Assembly (NCBI GenBank): GCA_039589315.1
Contig: JBDHHQ010000009.1
Coordinates: 1-64,000, forward strand
Direction of reading: 5' to 3'
Length of the DNA stretch: 64,000 bases
From: Gemmatimonadota bacterium
GTDB lineage: Bacteria; Gemmatimonadota; Gemmatimonadetes; Longimicrobiales; Gaopeijiaceae
The notes under the pieces are model-generated. The model was given only the letters and a program-made list of their open reading frames with translations. It was not told the DNA's origin and made no database searches. Below, in pieces: positions 37,050 to 46,071 of this stretch. Position numbers and translations under genes: made by a program. Every line of letters starts with the position of its first letter. Within the stretch, counting starts at the first letter, position 1.

Positions 37050-38555
37050 ATGGCTCGAGCCGCTTCGGCCTGGACCTCGATCGTGGCGCTCATGCTCGTG
37101 GCGCCCGCCTCCGCCTGGGCGCAAGACGAGACCGGCTTCGAGCAACCCCGAGCGATCTGGACCGTGGAGGTGGGAGCCGGTGCCCGCGCGCCCACGACGC
37201 TCTACAACGAGTTCATCGTGCGTCGCGAGAGCGCAGACTCGGTGCTCCGCACGCGCTGGGAGGAGAACACCGACCTGGGATGGGAGAGCCGAGCGGGCAT
37301 GCGCTACAATCCCGAGGGGGGTGTGGGGCTGTTCTTCGGGGGGTTCGTCGGCGGTGCGAGCACCACCGCCAGCTTCTCCGGCGGCCTCGAGGCTCCCGAG
37401 CGAATCCGCAGAAGCGTCACCTACTCGGGGCTGGACTTCGGCCTGACCATGCGGCTCAGTCACTGGTCACAGGGTCGGGGCGTCCTGAGCTACCACCTCG
37501 GCGGTGTGCTCCAACGAGCCGTGATCGACCTGACCTCGGGACACAGGGATGCGCTCGCCTACTTCCGCGACGCGCCCCAGCAGGAGATCGACTGGGAATC
37601 CCGGACATCGACCAGCTGGGGCTTGAACCTGGGCGTGACACTCCGCTCACCGATCTCGGAGCGGTGGAGCTTCCGCGCCACCTTCAAGGACCTCATCCTC
37701 CCCACCAACACCACGTCCTTGGCCGAGCAGGAGATGGAGGACATCGAGACCTTCACCGGCCGTGACGTGAGGGTCTCCCTGCACCGGTACACATCACACA
37801 ACCTGTCGTTGGCGGTGGGCGTGGAGTACACCCTGGGGTGGGGACGGCCTCGCCGGGACGTAATCCGGCGGGCTCCACAGCCCGACGCGCCGCCCGAGGT
37901 CGATCCCGCGGTGAGGAACGCGACGAGGCTGGCCGCAGACGGCGACACGGCAGCGGCCGTGGCCGCCTTGGAGCACCGTGTGAGCGTGGAGCCGCGGGAC
38001 GCCTTCGCGTGGCGCGAGCTCGCTCTTCTGCGCGCGCCCCGGGCGGAGGACGACCCGACGGTACGGCCCGAGGCTCTCGCGACCCTGGAGCGAGCGCTCA
38101 ACATGAACCCGGGCGACACGGAGCTCCTGCGGGCGTACGGTCGTCTGCGCGGTCTCACCGAACGCGCCGGGCGGACGCCCGAAGCCGAGGCCGTGTCTCG
38201 GGTCGAGCTGTCGTCGCTGTCGGTGAGCACCGGGTCGGACGGCGCCGTCCGGGTGGCCTTCGCCGTCCGCGGGCTCACGGCGACGCTGGACGGGCAACAT
38301 CGCTACGAGTCCGCCGTTGAGGTCTTCGCCGAGGACGGGTCGTCGGTTCCGATCCGTGCGGGCCTGGCTCCCCTGCACGAGGGCGACGGCAACGAGCTGC
38401 TCATGCTGGGGGCCGCCGCCGAGCTCCCCCTGTCCCTCTCGCTCGATTTCTTCCTCGCCCGGCCGGACCCCGGCTTCTATACTGTGCGCGTCCGGCTGAC
38501 CGACCTGGAGACCGGGGCGCGGCAGGAAGCCACGGAGGGCTTCGAGCTCCCCTGA
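37050..38555 (+). CDS. Secreted protein: probable beta-barrel, Pro linker, TPR-like repeats, Ig-like C-terminus
   Basis: Signal peptide AWAQ; amphipathic strands ending VGVEYTLGW; EPRDAFAWRELA, LERALNMNPGD; PGFYTVRVRLTD. Confidence 0.6.
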   Translation: MARAASAWTSIVALMLVAPASAWAQDETGFEQPRAIWTVEVGAGARAPTTLYNEFIVRRESADSVLRTRWEENTDLGWESRAGMRYNPEGGVGLFFGGFVGGASTTASFSGGLEAPERIRRSVTYSGLDFGLTMRLSHWSQGRGVLSYHLGGVLQRAVIDLTSGHRDALAYFRDAPQQEIDWESRTSTSWGLNLGVTLRSPISERWSFRATFKDLILPTNTTSLAEQEMEDIETFTGRDVRVSLHRYTSHNLSLAVGVEYTLGWGRPRRDVIRRAPQPDAPPEVDPAVRNATRLAADGDTAAAVAALEHRVSVEPRDAFAWRELALLRAPRAEDDPTVRPEALATLERALNMNPGDTELLRAYGRLRGLTERAGRTPEAEAVSRVELSSLSVSTGSDGAVRVAFAVRGLTATLDGQHRYESAVEVFAEDGSSVPIRAGLAPLHEGDGNELLMLGAAAELPLSLSLDFFLARPDPGFYTVRVRLTDLETGARQEATEGFELP

Positions 38556-38646
38556 GCAGTGGAACGCGGCTTGGCCGCGCCACCGAGCGCCGCACGCTCT
38601 CCCGCCCCGGGCTCGGGCCTTCACACACGCCGAAACAGCTGAGCGC

Positions 38647-40833
38647 ATGACGGAACACCGACCCCCGTACGTCAGCGCGGCCACGGCGGCCGTGGCGATC
38701 TTCGGCCTGTACGCGCTGACCCTGGCGCCGAGCACGGGCTTCTGGGACGCCAGCGAGTACATCGCGACCGCCCACATCGTGGGCATCCCCCACCCGCCCG
38801 GGAACCCCCTGTTCGTGATCCTGGCTCGCACCTGGAGCCTTCTCCTCGCGCCGTTCGGTCTCCCGGTGGCCGTTCGCGTCAACCTGTTTGCCGCTGCCAC
38901 GAGCGCGGCGGCGTTCTTCTTCTTCTTCCTGATCGCCGACCGGATCCTCCTGGAGGGGGTCGAGGAAACGTGGGTACGCAGAGTCGGCGCGGCCACCGCG
39001 GTCCTGATCGGCGCGACGGCCTATACCATGTGGAGCCAGTCGACGGTGAACGAGAAGGTGTACACCGTCAGCGTCATGATCATCGCCGCCTCGAGCTGGC
39101 TGGTGGTGCGGTGGCGGGACCTGAAGGGAACGCGTCGGGGCATGCAGGCCCTTCTCGGGGCGTTCTACCTGATGGCCCTCGGCTCTTCGAACCACCTGAT
39201 GTCGGTACTGCCGGCTCCCGCCATCGTCGTCTTTCTGCTGATGTCGGGGCCGGCGGTCCTCCTGACGGGAGGCTTCTGGGCGCGCGCCGCACCGTTGGCG
39301 GTGTTGGCCATGTCCTTCAACCTGGTCCTTCCCGTTCGGGCGGCGCAGCGTCCCGTGATCAACGAGGCCGATCCGGTGTGCGCGACGCTGCCGTCGGCTG
39401 CCGTGGCGGTCTTCTCGCAGGGCCGCGCCGGATGTCCCGCTCTGGCCGCCGCGCTGGCCCGGAAGCAGTACCAGAAGCCACCGTTGAGCCAACGGCAGGC
39501 CCCCCTACGGGCGCAGCTCGCCAATTACCTCCAATACTTCGATTGGCAATGGGCCCGGGGCCTGTTCGCGAGCGAGACCCCCGGCGGGCCCAGAACCCCG
39601 GTCACCTTGCTCTTCACGGTGCTCGCCGCGATGGGTCTCTGGTTCACCTGGCGGGCGGACCGAGCCCTCTTCGCGTACGTGGCTACCCTGTTGGGGACGC
39701 TCACGGTGGCCCTCGTCTACTATCTGAACTTCAGGTTCGGCTACTCCCTCAGCCCGGAGGTGGCCGACCCCCTGCTGCACGAGGTCCGGGAGCGGGACTA
39801 CTTCTTCGTGGCCAGCTTCGCCCTGTGGGGCGTGTTGGCCGGGATCGGGCTCACCGGGGCTTGGACCTTCTTGTCGGACCGCCTCGGGCCACGGGGAGCC
39901 GTGCTGGCAACGCCGGTGATGATCATCGCCCTGTTCCCGTTGGCCTTCAATGCCCGGTGGGCGAGCCGATCCGGTGACTACGCCGCCCGGGACTGGGCGT
40001 ACAATCTGCTCATGAGCGTGGAGCCGTACGGCGTCCTCTTCACCAACGGCGACAACGACACGTTCCCGCTCTGGTATCTGCAGGAGGTGGAGGGCATTCG
40101 TCGCGACGTGACCGTCGTGGTGGTCCAGTACCTCTATACCGACTGGTACCCCCGTCAGCTGCAGGACCTCTCGCGGCCCGAGAACCAGCGGGCCTACCGG
40201 TCCGAGGTCGAGGGTCTCTACATCGATCCCGTCTCCCCGCCGAGTCGTCCGATCATGGCGATGGACCCCCAGGTCATGGACGCGGTGAGGGGCGGCTCGA
40301 CGGGCGAGGACTTCACGGTGTCCCTGGGCACCGTGGCCGTCACCTACCCGGAAGGAACCTACCTGGACCGGGCGCAGCAGCTCACTCTGACGATCCTCCA
40401 GGACAGCCTCGGCGACCGCCCGGTCTACTTCGCCAGCACCACCGGGTTCATGGACGGCCTCGGCATCAGTGACTGGGGCACCCGCCAGGGCCTGGCGTCG
40501 AGGCTGGACCCACGGCCCCCCGACGAGGCTCCGCCTCCCGGCGTGGTCAAGATCGACGAACGGTATGGGGGAGAATGGGTCGACTACGAGCGAACGCTCC
40601 GCTTGGTGGGAGAGGTCTTCTCCTACCGGGGCCTCCGAGACCGGGACGTCTGGGCCGACCGCTCGACCCTGAACATCCCCTGGCACTTCTACGTGCTGCA
40701 CGTCCAGACTGCAGATGCCGCTCTGCAATCGGGCGAGGCCGCCCAGGGGGAGCTCATCCAGCGGCTGCTCGCGGACGCCGAGGGCTTCCTGCTGACGGCC
40801 CAGGGCGGGCGACTGGGCACCCCGGGGGACTGA
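38647..40833 (+). CDS. DUF2723 / TMEM260-like GT-C glycosyltransferase
   Basis: WDASEY, HPPGNPLF, ERDYFF, LFTNGDNDTFPLWYLQEVEG motifs; many TM segments. Confidence 0.9.
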   Translation: MTEHRPPYVSAATAAVAIFGLYALTLAPSTGFWDASEYIATAHIVGIPHPPGNPLFVILARTWSLLLAPFGLPVAVRVNLFAAATSAAAFFFFFLIADRILLEGVEETWVRRVGAATAVLIGATAYTMWSQSTVNEKVYTVSVMIIAASSWLVVRWRDLKGTRRGMQALLGAFYLMALGSSNHLMSVLPAPAIVVFLLMSGPAVLLTGGFWARAAPLAVLAMSFNLVLPVRAAQRPVINEADPVCATLPSAAVAVFSQGRAGCPALAAALARKQYQKPPLSQRQAPLRAQLANYLQYFDWQWARGLFASETPGGPRTPVTLLFTVLAAMGLWFTWRADRALFAYVATLLGTLTVALVYYLNFRFGYSLSPEVADPLLHEVRERDYFFVASFALWGVLAGIGLTGAWTFLSDRLGPRGAVLATPVMIIALFPLAFNARWASRSGDYAARDWAYNLLMSVEPYGVLFTNGDNDTFPLWYLQEVEGIRRDVTVVVVQYLYTDWYPRQLQDLSRPENQRAYRSEVEGLYIDPVSPPSRPIMAMDPQVMDAVRGGSTGEDFTVSLGTVAVTYPEGTYLDRAQQLTLTILQDSLGDRPVYFASTTGFMDGLGISDWGTRQGLASRLDPRPPDEAPPPGVVKIDERYGGEWVDYERTLRLVGEVFSYRGLRDRDVWADRSTLNIPWHFYVLHVQTADAALQSGEAAQGELIQRLLADAEGFLLTAQGGRLGTPGD

Positions 40834-40855
40834 GGCTGCATCTACCGAGGAAGCC

Positions 40856-43723
40856 GTGACCGCACCGACCCGCCTCCGAGTCACGCTGTTGCGACTGGGC
40901 ATCTGGAGCTGCCTGGCCCCGTCCTCGGTGTTGGCACAGGAGGCCGGGAGCATCCTCGGGCGCGTCGTCGGCTCGGAGACCGGCGAGCCCCTCGCCAACG
41001 TGCGGATCGAGCTCGTGGGTCCGCCGGGAGCGACGCTGAGCGGGGAGGACGGGCGCTTCATCCTGGTGGGAGTGCCGGCAGGCGACCGTACCGTGCGGAT
41101 CTCGCTCATCGGCTACCGGAGCCTCACGGTGGACGGCGTTTTCGTTCGAGCCGGCCGGTCTGTTCGCCTCGATCCGGAGCTCGCTCCCGAGGCGCTGGAG
41201 CTGCCCGGCGTCACGGCCGAAGTCGATCGCATCCGGCTCATCGAGCCCGAGATCAGCGCGACGCATGAAGTCGTCCTGGGCCGCGAGCTCCGGGAGCTGC
41301 CCGCGGACAATGTGGCCGAGGTCGTGGAGCTGGCGCCGGGTGTGAGCGACGGCCACTTCCGCGGGGGGCGTGTGGGCCAGGAGGTCTACGTCATAGACGG
41401 CCTCGAGTTCAAGAACCAGCTCGAGGCGTCGAGCTCCGGCAGTGGATTGGAGCTGCCGCCCACCTCCCTCCAGGAGTTGGAGGTGCTGACGGGGGGGATC
41501 GGCGCACAATACGGCAACGCCCTGAGCGGCGTGGTCCGCTACGTAACCCGCCGCGGCGATGCGGAGCGGTGGATGGCGGCAGGCTCCTTCCGGACCGACC
41601 ATTGGGCTCCGGACGACCTGTACCGGGGGTTCTCCTCCCTGTCCGTCACGGCCGGGGGTCCGCTCTCCTTCCTGGGGCCCAGCTCGACGCTTTTCGCCGA
41701 CCTGCTCGTGCAGGGGCTACAGGACGCGGATCCGCGGGCACGGGGGCTTACCTGCCTTCGGCAAGGCGATGGCGACGCCGCTCTGGACGGGCTGATCCGG
41801 GACGTGGCCGAAGACGCGACCACCGCGCGTCTCTACTGCCCCTATCAGGACCCCAGCTTCCCCCACCAACAGGGAGAGAAGATCCTGGGCTTCCTTCGCT
41901 GGGATCAGGCGATCGGTCCCGGCCTCGGTCTGACGGCCTCGCTGTTGGCCAATCGATTCCAGCGCCAGCTCTACACCTCTGAGCTGAAGTACAACGCGGA
42001 GAACCAGCTCGGCCAGCGTACCAAGGCCCTGCTGGCCATGTTGGCCCTGGACTGGACGAAGCAGGCAGTGGGCTCCGGGGTGCACGTCACCGCCCGTCTC
42101 TCGGCCACGCGCTTGGACCGGCACCTCGGCGCCCTCGATCCCTGGACCTTCGACGGTCGCGGACGGATCGGTGGCGTGGGGCTGTCGGACTTCCGTTTCC
42201 TGGGCGAGGACTTCGTTCGCTCCCCAATCGAGGAACAGCTCCTGTCCGGCTCCCCCGTGCCCGGATACCGGGATCCGGGCGGCTCGACGGGCTCCCCCTA
42301 CGGCCCGGCCGGAGAGGGCATCTTCTTCACCGAGGGCACCACGGATCTGGCAAACTGGAGCCGTTCCGAGTTTCTGGCCGCCGACGTGGTGGGCGAGGTG
42401 TTGAGCGCTGCGGGTCATCGTCTCCGCGGCGGTGCCAGCGCCAAGTGGTGGCGCGTGGAGAGCTACGAGCGGGTTCTGAGCCATCTTGCCGGTTCCTCAC
42501 CGAACTACACGCGCTTCTTCCCCACGACCCTCAACGGCTTCGCCGAGGTGACGCTGGCTGCGGCCGACGAGCTGAACGTGTACCTGGGCGCCCGGGTGGA
42601 GGCGTTCCAATCGGGGCTCTCATTCCGCCCGGACCGCCACGACTTCCTCTCGCCGGTGGTGGACACCGAGTGGAAGACGGCGATCCTGCCGCGCATCGGC
42701 GTAACTGGCCCGATCCCGGGCACGGAAGGCCGGACCGCGTTCCGGTTCAACTACGGCGTGGTGTCCCAGCCCCCCGACTTCCAGTTCTTCCTGGACACCA
42801 GCATCGGCGATTCGCTGCGGACGGACATCCGACGACAGGGCAACCCGAACTTGACCTTCGAGCGCGGCACGGCCTTCGAAGTCGCCGTGTCGCACCTGTT
42901 CACCGACGCCGTCGCGGCCACACTCGTGGGGTTCAGGAAGGAGCTCACCAATCTGGTGTCCGGCAACCTCGGCTTCCCGGGAGTCGCGCCCAACCAGTTC
43001 ACCACGGGGGACTTCGGCACCGTCCGCGGAGTCGAGCTTTCGGTGCGGGGTGGGTGGCGGCGTGTGCGCGCGCGCCTGGGCTACGCGCTCCAGAAGGCCA
43101 CGGGGGTCGTATCCAGCGCGTTGAGCGACGAGCCCGAGGTGGACGGGGAGGTCAGGGAGGAGTTTCCGCTGTCCTTCGACCGTCGACACTCCGGTAACCT
43201 GGCCCTCTTCCTCGGGCGAGCGGCGGGAGATCCGGACCCGCCCTGGTCCGTGACCACGGTGGCGACCCTCGAGAGCGGCTATCCCATCGTCAGGGGGGAG
43301 GAGGAGGTCACCTCGGGCGTCACGAGCGAGCCCACGCACCTTCCCTGGACCTTCCAGGTCGACGTTCGGGGCGGCTGGCAGTTCGGCCGCCTGCCCGGCT
43401 GTGACGCCTGCGGCTGGCGGGTGCTGGCCGAGGTGAAGAACCTATTCGGTCAGGAGAACGTCGTGGCGCTGCGGAAGGACACGCGCACGGTGGCGCCGCC
43501 GGCCGAGACCGTCGAGGCGCTGGCTCGGGATCTGGCGATCCCCGAGCCCATCCCGCGGGAGTCGCCGAGGTACAGCGCCCAGATCGATCTCGACGGAGAC
43601 GGCCGCATCACGCCGGCGGAATTCGAGAAGGCCCGGCTCGCCGCCGCCCTCGACCGCTTCGACCCGTCCCTCTTCTACGATGACCCCGTGCAAGTACGCC
43701 TGGGCATCGAGGTCTTCTTCTGA
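40856..43723 (+). CDS. TonB-dependent receptor with carboxypeptidase-regulatory-like N-domain
   Basis: Signal peptide; GRFILVGVPAG, FRGGR..YVIDG, TGGIGAQYGNALSGVV plug, GNPNL, terminal RLGIEVFF. Confidence 0.88.
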   Translation: MTAPTRLRVTLLRLGIWSCLAPSSVLAQEAGSILGRVVGSETGEPLANVRIELVGPPGATLSGEDGRFILVGVPAGDRTVRISLIGYRSLTVDGVFVRAGRSVRLDPELAPEALELPGVTAEVDRIRLIEPEISATHEVVLGRELRELPADNVAEVVELAPGVSDGHFRGGRVGQEVYVIDGLEFKNQLEASSSGSGLELPPTSLQELEVLTGGIGAQYGNALSGVVRYVTRRGDAERWMAAGSFRTDHWAPDDLYRGFSSLSVTAGGPLSFLGPSSTLFADLLVQGLQDADPRARGLTCLRQGDGDAALDGLIRDVAEDATTARLYCPYQDPSFPHQQGEKILGFLRWDQAIGPGLGLTASLLANRFQRQLYTSELKYNAENQLGQRTKALLAMLALDWTKQAVGSGVHVTARLSATRLDRHLGALDPWTFDGRGRIGGVGLSDFRFLGEDFVRSPIEEQLLSGSPVPGYRDPGGSTGSPYGPAGEGIFFTEGTTDLANWSRSEFLAADVVGEVLSAAGHRLRGGASAKWWRVESYERVLSHLAGSSPNYTRFFPTTLNGFAEVTLAAADELNVYLGARVEAFQSGLSFRPDRHDFLSPVVDTEWKTAILPRIGVTGPIPGTEGRTAFRFNYGVVSQPPDFQFFLDTSIGDSLRTDIRRQGNPNLTFERGTAFEVAVSHLFTDAVAATLVGFRKELTNLVSGNLGFPGVAPNQFTTGDFGTVRGVELSVRGGWRRVRARLGYALQKATGVVSSALSDEPEVDGEVREEFPLSFDRRHSGNLALFLGRAAGDPDPPWSVTTVATLESGYPIVRGEEEVTSGVTSEPTHLPWTFQVDVRGGWQFGRLPGCDACGWRVLAEVKNLFGQENVVALRKDTRTVAPPAETVEALARDLAIPEPIPRESPRYSAQIDLDGDGRITPAEFEKARLAAALDRFDPSLFYDDPVQVRLGIEVFF

Positions 43724-44886
43724 TGCTCGGTCGACTGACGGCTTTGGCGTTGGTCTCGGTCGCATTGGTGGCCTGCCAGGACGCCACGCTTCCGTTCGAG
43801 GCCACCGATCGACCGGACGAGAGCCAGTCGCTGCCTCGCCAGCTCACCTTTTCGGAGGCTGACGACCGCTCCCCCGCCTGGGATCCAGGTACGGACGCGG
43901 TCCTGTTCTCGACGGAGGGCTTTCCTCCCTTCGTGGCCGCGCCCGGACTGCTGCTGGCCGTCCCGTCGGGAGGTGGGGCGGCGACGGAGCTCCTGCCGGA
44001 CCTGCAGTTTCCCGGCGGGCCGCGGGACTGGTTCGCCAGCCCCACGCCCTCGCCCGGCGGGGGAAGAATGGCGTGGGCAGAGCTCTGGGGCGTGCGGGAC
44101 AGCAACCTCTGCCCCGGCACGGGGGTCACGTGCGCCACCGAGCTTCCCACCGAGGGTGTGGCGCCCCGTTTGGCGGAGGTGCGACTGCGGGTCGCCTCGG
44201 CCGATACCGGATCCGCGAACCGCGTGCTCCGGGTCTCCATGGAAGGACTGGCGGAGCTGCCGTCCTCGGGAGGCCTCACCAGCTACGCGGTGTCGCTGCA
44301 TCCCTTTCAGGCGCTCTTCCACCTCGAGGGCTCGGCCGTCTTCCGTCCCTCGTGGTCCCCGTCGGGCGATCGTCTGGCGTTCAGCGACGGCTTGCGCCTG
44401 CTCATCTGGTCGGTGGACGGAGGCGACCCGGCTCCGATCCCGTCCACGGAAGACGGCGTCCACGCCGCCTGGTCTCCGGATGGCGAGTGGATCGCGTTCA
44501 CACGCCTCGTCCGCGGCGAGCCCGTTGCCTTCGAGTGCCTCCACTCGGTGCTTCTGGGGCCGGTGTGCCGGCAGGAGCGGGTCGAGTATCCCATCCAGGG
44601 CCGGGTGGTCACGGTGGTGCGGCCCGATGGATCCGACGCGACCGAGGTGGGACCCGGCGACGACCCGGCCTGGCTGCCGGATTCCCAGACGCTCGTGTTC
44701 CGCCGACAGGGCACGCTATGGACCGCGAAGCGTGACGGGTCCAGCTCGGCTCAGGTGACCGGGACGGAGGGGGGGCGGGAGCCGGCCCCCTCGCCGGACG
44801 GCACCGCGGTCGTCTTCGCGCGGATCGACCCCCGGTTCATGACCCACGACCTCTGGGTGGTGGCGTTGGGCGGAGACGCACGTTGA
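43723..44886 (+). CDS. TolB-like (PD40 repeat) lipoprotein
   Basis: Lipobox LVAC; PSWSPSG, AWSPDG, PAWLPDS, PSPDG repeats; TGATG overlap with the receptor gene. Confidence 0.82.
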   Translation: MLGRLTALALVSVALVACQDATLPFEATDRPDESQSLPRQLTFSEADDRSPAWDPGTDAVLFSTEGFPPFVAAPGLLLAVPSGGGAATELLPDLQFPGGPRDWFASPTPSPGGGRMAWAELWGVRDSNLCPGTGVTCATELPTEGVAPRLAEVRLRVASADTGSANRVLRVSMEGLAELPSSGGLTSYAVSLHPFQALFHLEGSAVFRPSWSPSGDRLAFSDGLRLLIWSVDGGDPAPIPSTEDGVHAAWSPDGEWIAFTRLVRGEPVAFECLHSVLLGPVCRQERVEYPIQGRVVTVVRPDGSDATEVGPGDDPAWLPDSQTLVFRRQGTLWTAKRDGSSSAQVTGTEGGREPAPSPDGTAVVFARIDPRFMTHDLWVVALGGDAR

Positions 44887-46061
44887 GCCGCCAGGCGCCA
44901 CGGCGGGAGCGGATCGCGAGGCCCGGCGGGCGTCGGTCGGCTTCGACCGAGCGACTCGGCCTTCGCCAACTGGGGGTCCGGTCGGTCATGGTGACGGTCG
45001 CGGCCACAGCGCTGTGGACGGCGACGACCGCGTGCGGCGACCCCGTGGTGGTGCTGGGGGACCTGCCCGGCATCATGCGGGTGGTGGTCGGCACGGCCCC
45101 CGATCAGGATCCGCAGGCCGGGCCCCCGGCCACCCGAGTGCAGCTCCAGGCCCCACGAGCCCTGTCCGTGTCTCCCGAGGGGCTGCTCTACCTGATCGAC
45201 CCACCCGAGCGGGCGATCCTCGAGGTCTCGCCAGCAGGGGCCGTACGCGCGCTGCTCGACGGGGAGGGATGCGCCCGGACGGTGTGCCTGACGCGGCCTG
45301 CCGGTATCGCCCTGGACGGCCGTGGCGGGGTCCTCGTGGCAGATCCCGGGTCGGGACGGGTCGTCCGGGTCGCGTTGGACGGGAGCGGCGGAGAGGTTCT
45401 CGCCGGCCGGCCGGGCGGCGACCCACCCCGGGCCGGCGCGCCTGCCCTCTCGGTGGCGCTGGCGGAGCCCACCGGCGTCGCCGCCGCGGGGGACGGAAGC
45501 GTCTACGTTTCCGAGCGGGACGCTCACCGGATCTGGCGAATCGAGCGAACCGGTACGTTGACCCCTGTAGCCGGCACCGGCACCGCCGGCCATCGGGACG
45601 GCGACGCCCTGGGCGCCCGCTTTCGTACGCCGACGGCACTGTTCCTTCACGATGCGACCCTGTACGTGGCCGACCAGGGGAATCACCGTGTCCGTGCCGT
45701 GGCGCTGGAGGCGTCGACGGTCTCCACCATGGCCGGGACCGGGAACGCGGGCTACGCGGGAGACGGAGGTCAAGCTCGGAGCGCCACCTTCCGGAGCCCG
45801 GAGGGCGTGGCGGTCACGGCGGACGGGCGGAGCCTCTTCATCAGCGACAAGGGGAACCACAGGGTTCGCCGGCTGAACCTGGAGACGGGCGTGGTCACGA
45901 CCTTTGCCGGGACCGGGTCGCCCGGGTATGGCGGGAGCGGATTCGAGGCGGGCGTCACCGACCTGTCGGCGCCCGCCGACGTGGCGATCCTGGGGACCAA
46001 CTTCCTCTTCGTGGCCGACACGGGGAACCGAATCGTGTGGAGGACCCCCATCGGGCCGTGA
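44883..46061 (+). CDS. NHL-repeat lipoprotein
   Basis: TTAC lipobox-like site; PAGIALD, VAGTG, YVADQGNHRVR, GYAGDGG repeats; alternative ATG near 44988. Confidence 0.82.
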   Translation: MSRQAPRRERIARPGGRRSASTERLGLRQLGVRSVMVTVAATALWTATTACGDPVVVLGDLPGIMRVVVGTAPDQDPQAGPPATRVQLQAPRALSVSPEGLLYLIDPPERAILEVSPAGAVRALLDGEGCARTVCLTRPAGIALDGRGGVLVADPGSGRVVRVALDGSGGEVLAGRPGGDPPRAGAPALSVALAEPTGVAAAGDGSVYVSERDAHRIWRIERTGTLTPVAGTGTAGHRDGDALGARFRTPTALFLHDATLYVADQGNHRVRAVALEASTVSTMAGTGNAGYAGDGGQARSATFRSPEGVAVTADGRSLFISDKGNHRVRRLNLETGVVTTFAGTGSPGYGGSGFEAGVTDLSAPADVAILGTNFLFVADTGNRIVWRTPIGP

Positions 46062-46071
46062 GGCGCTTCCC

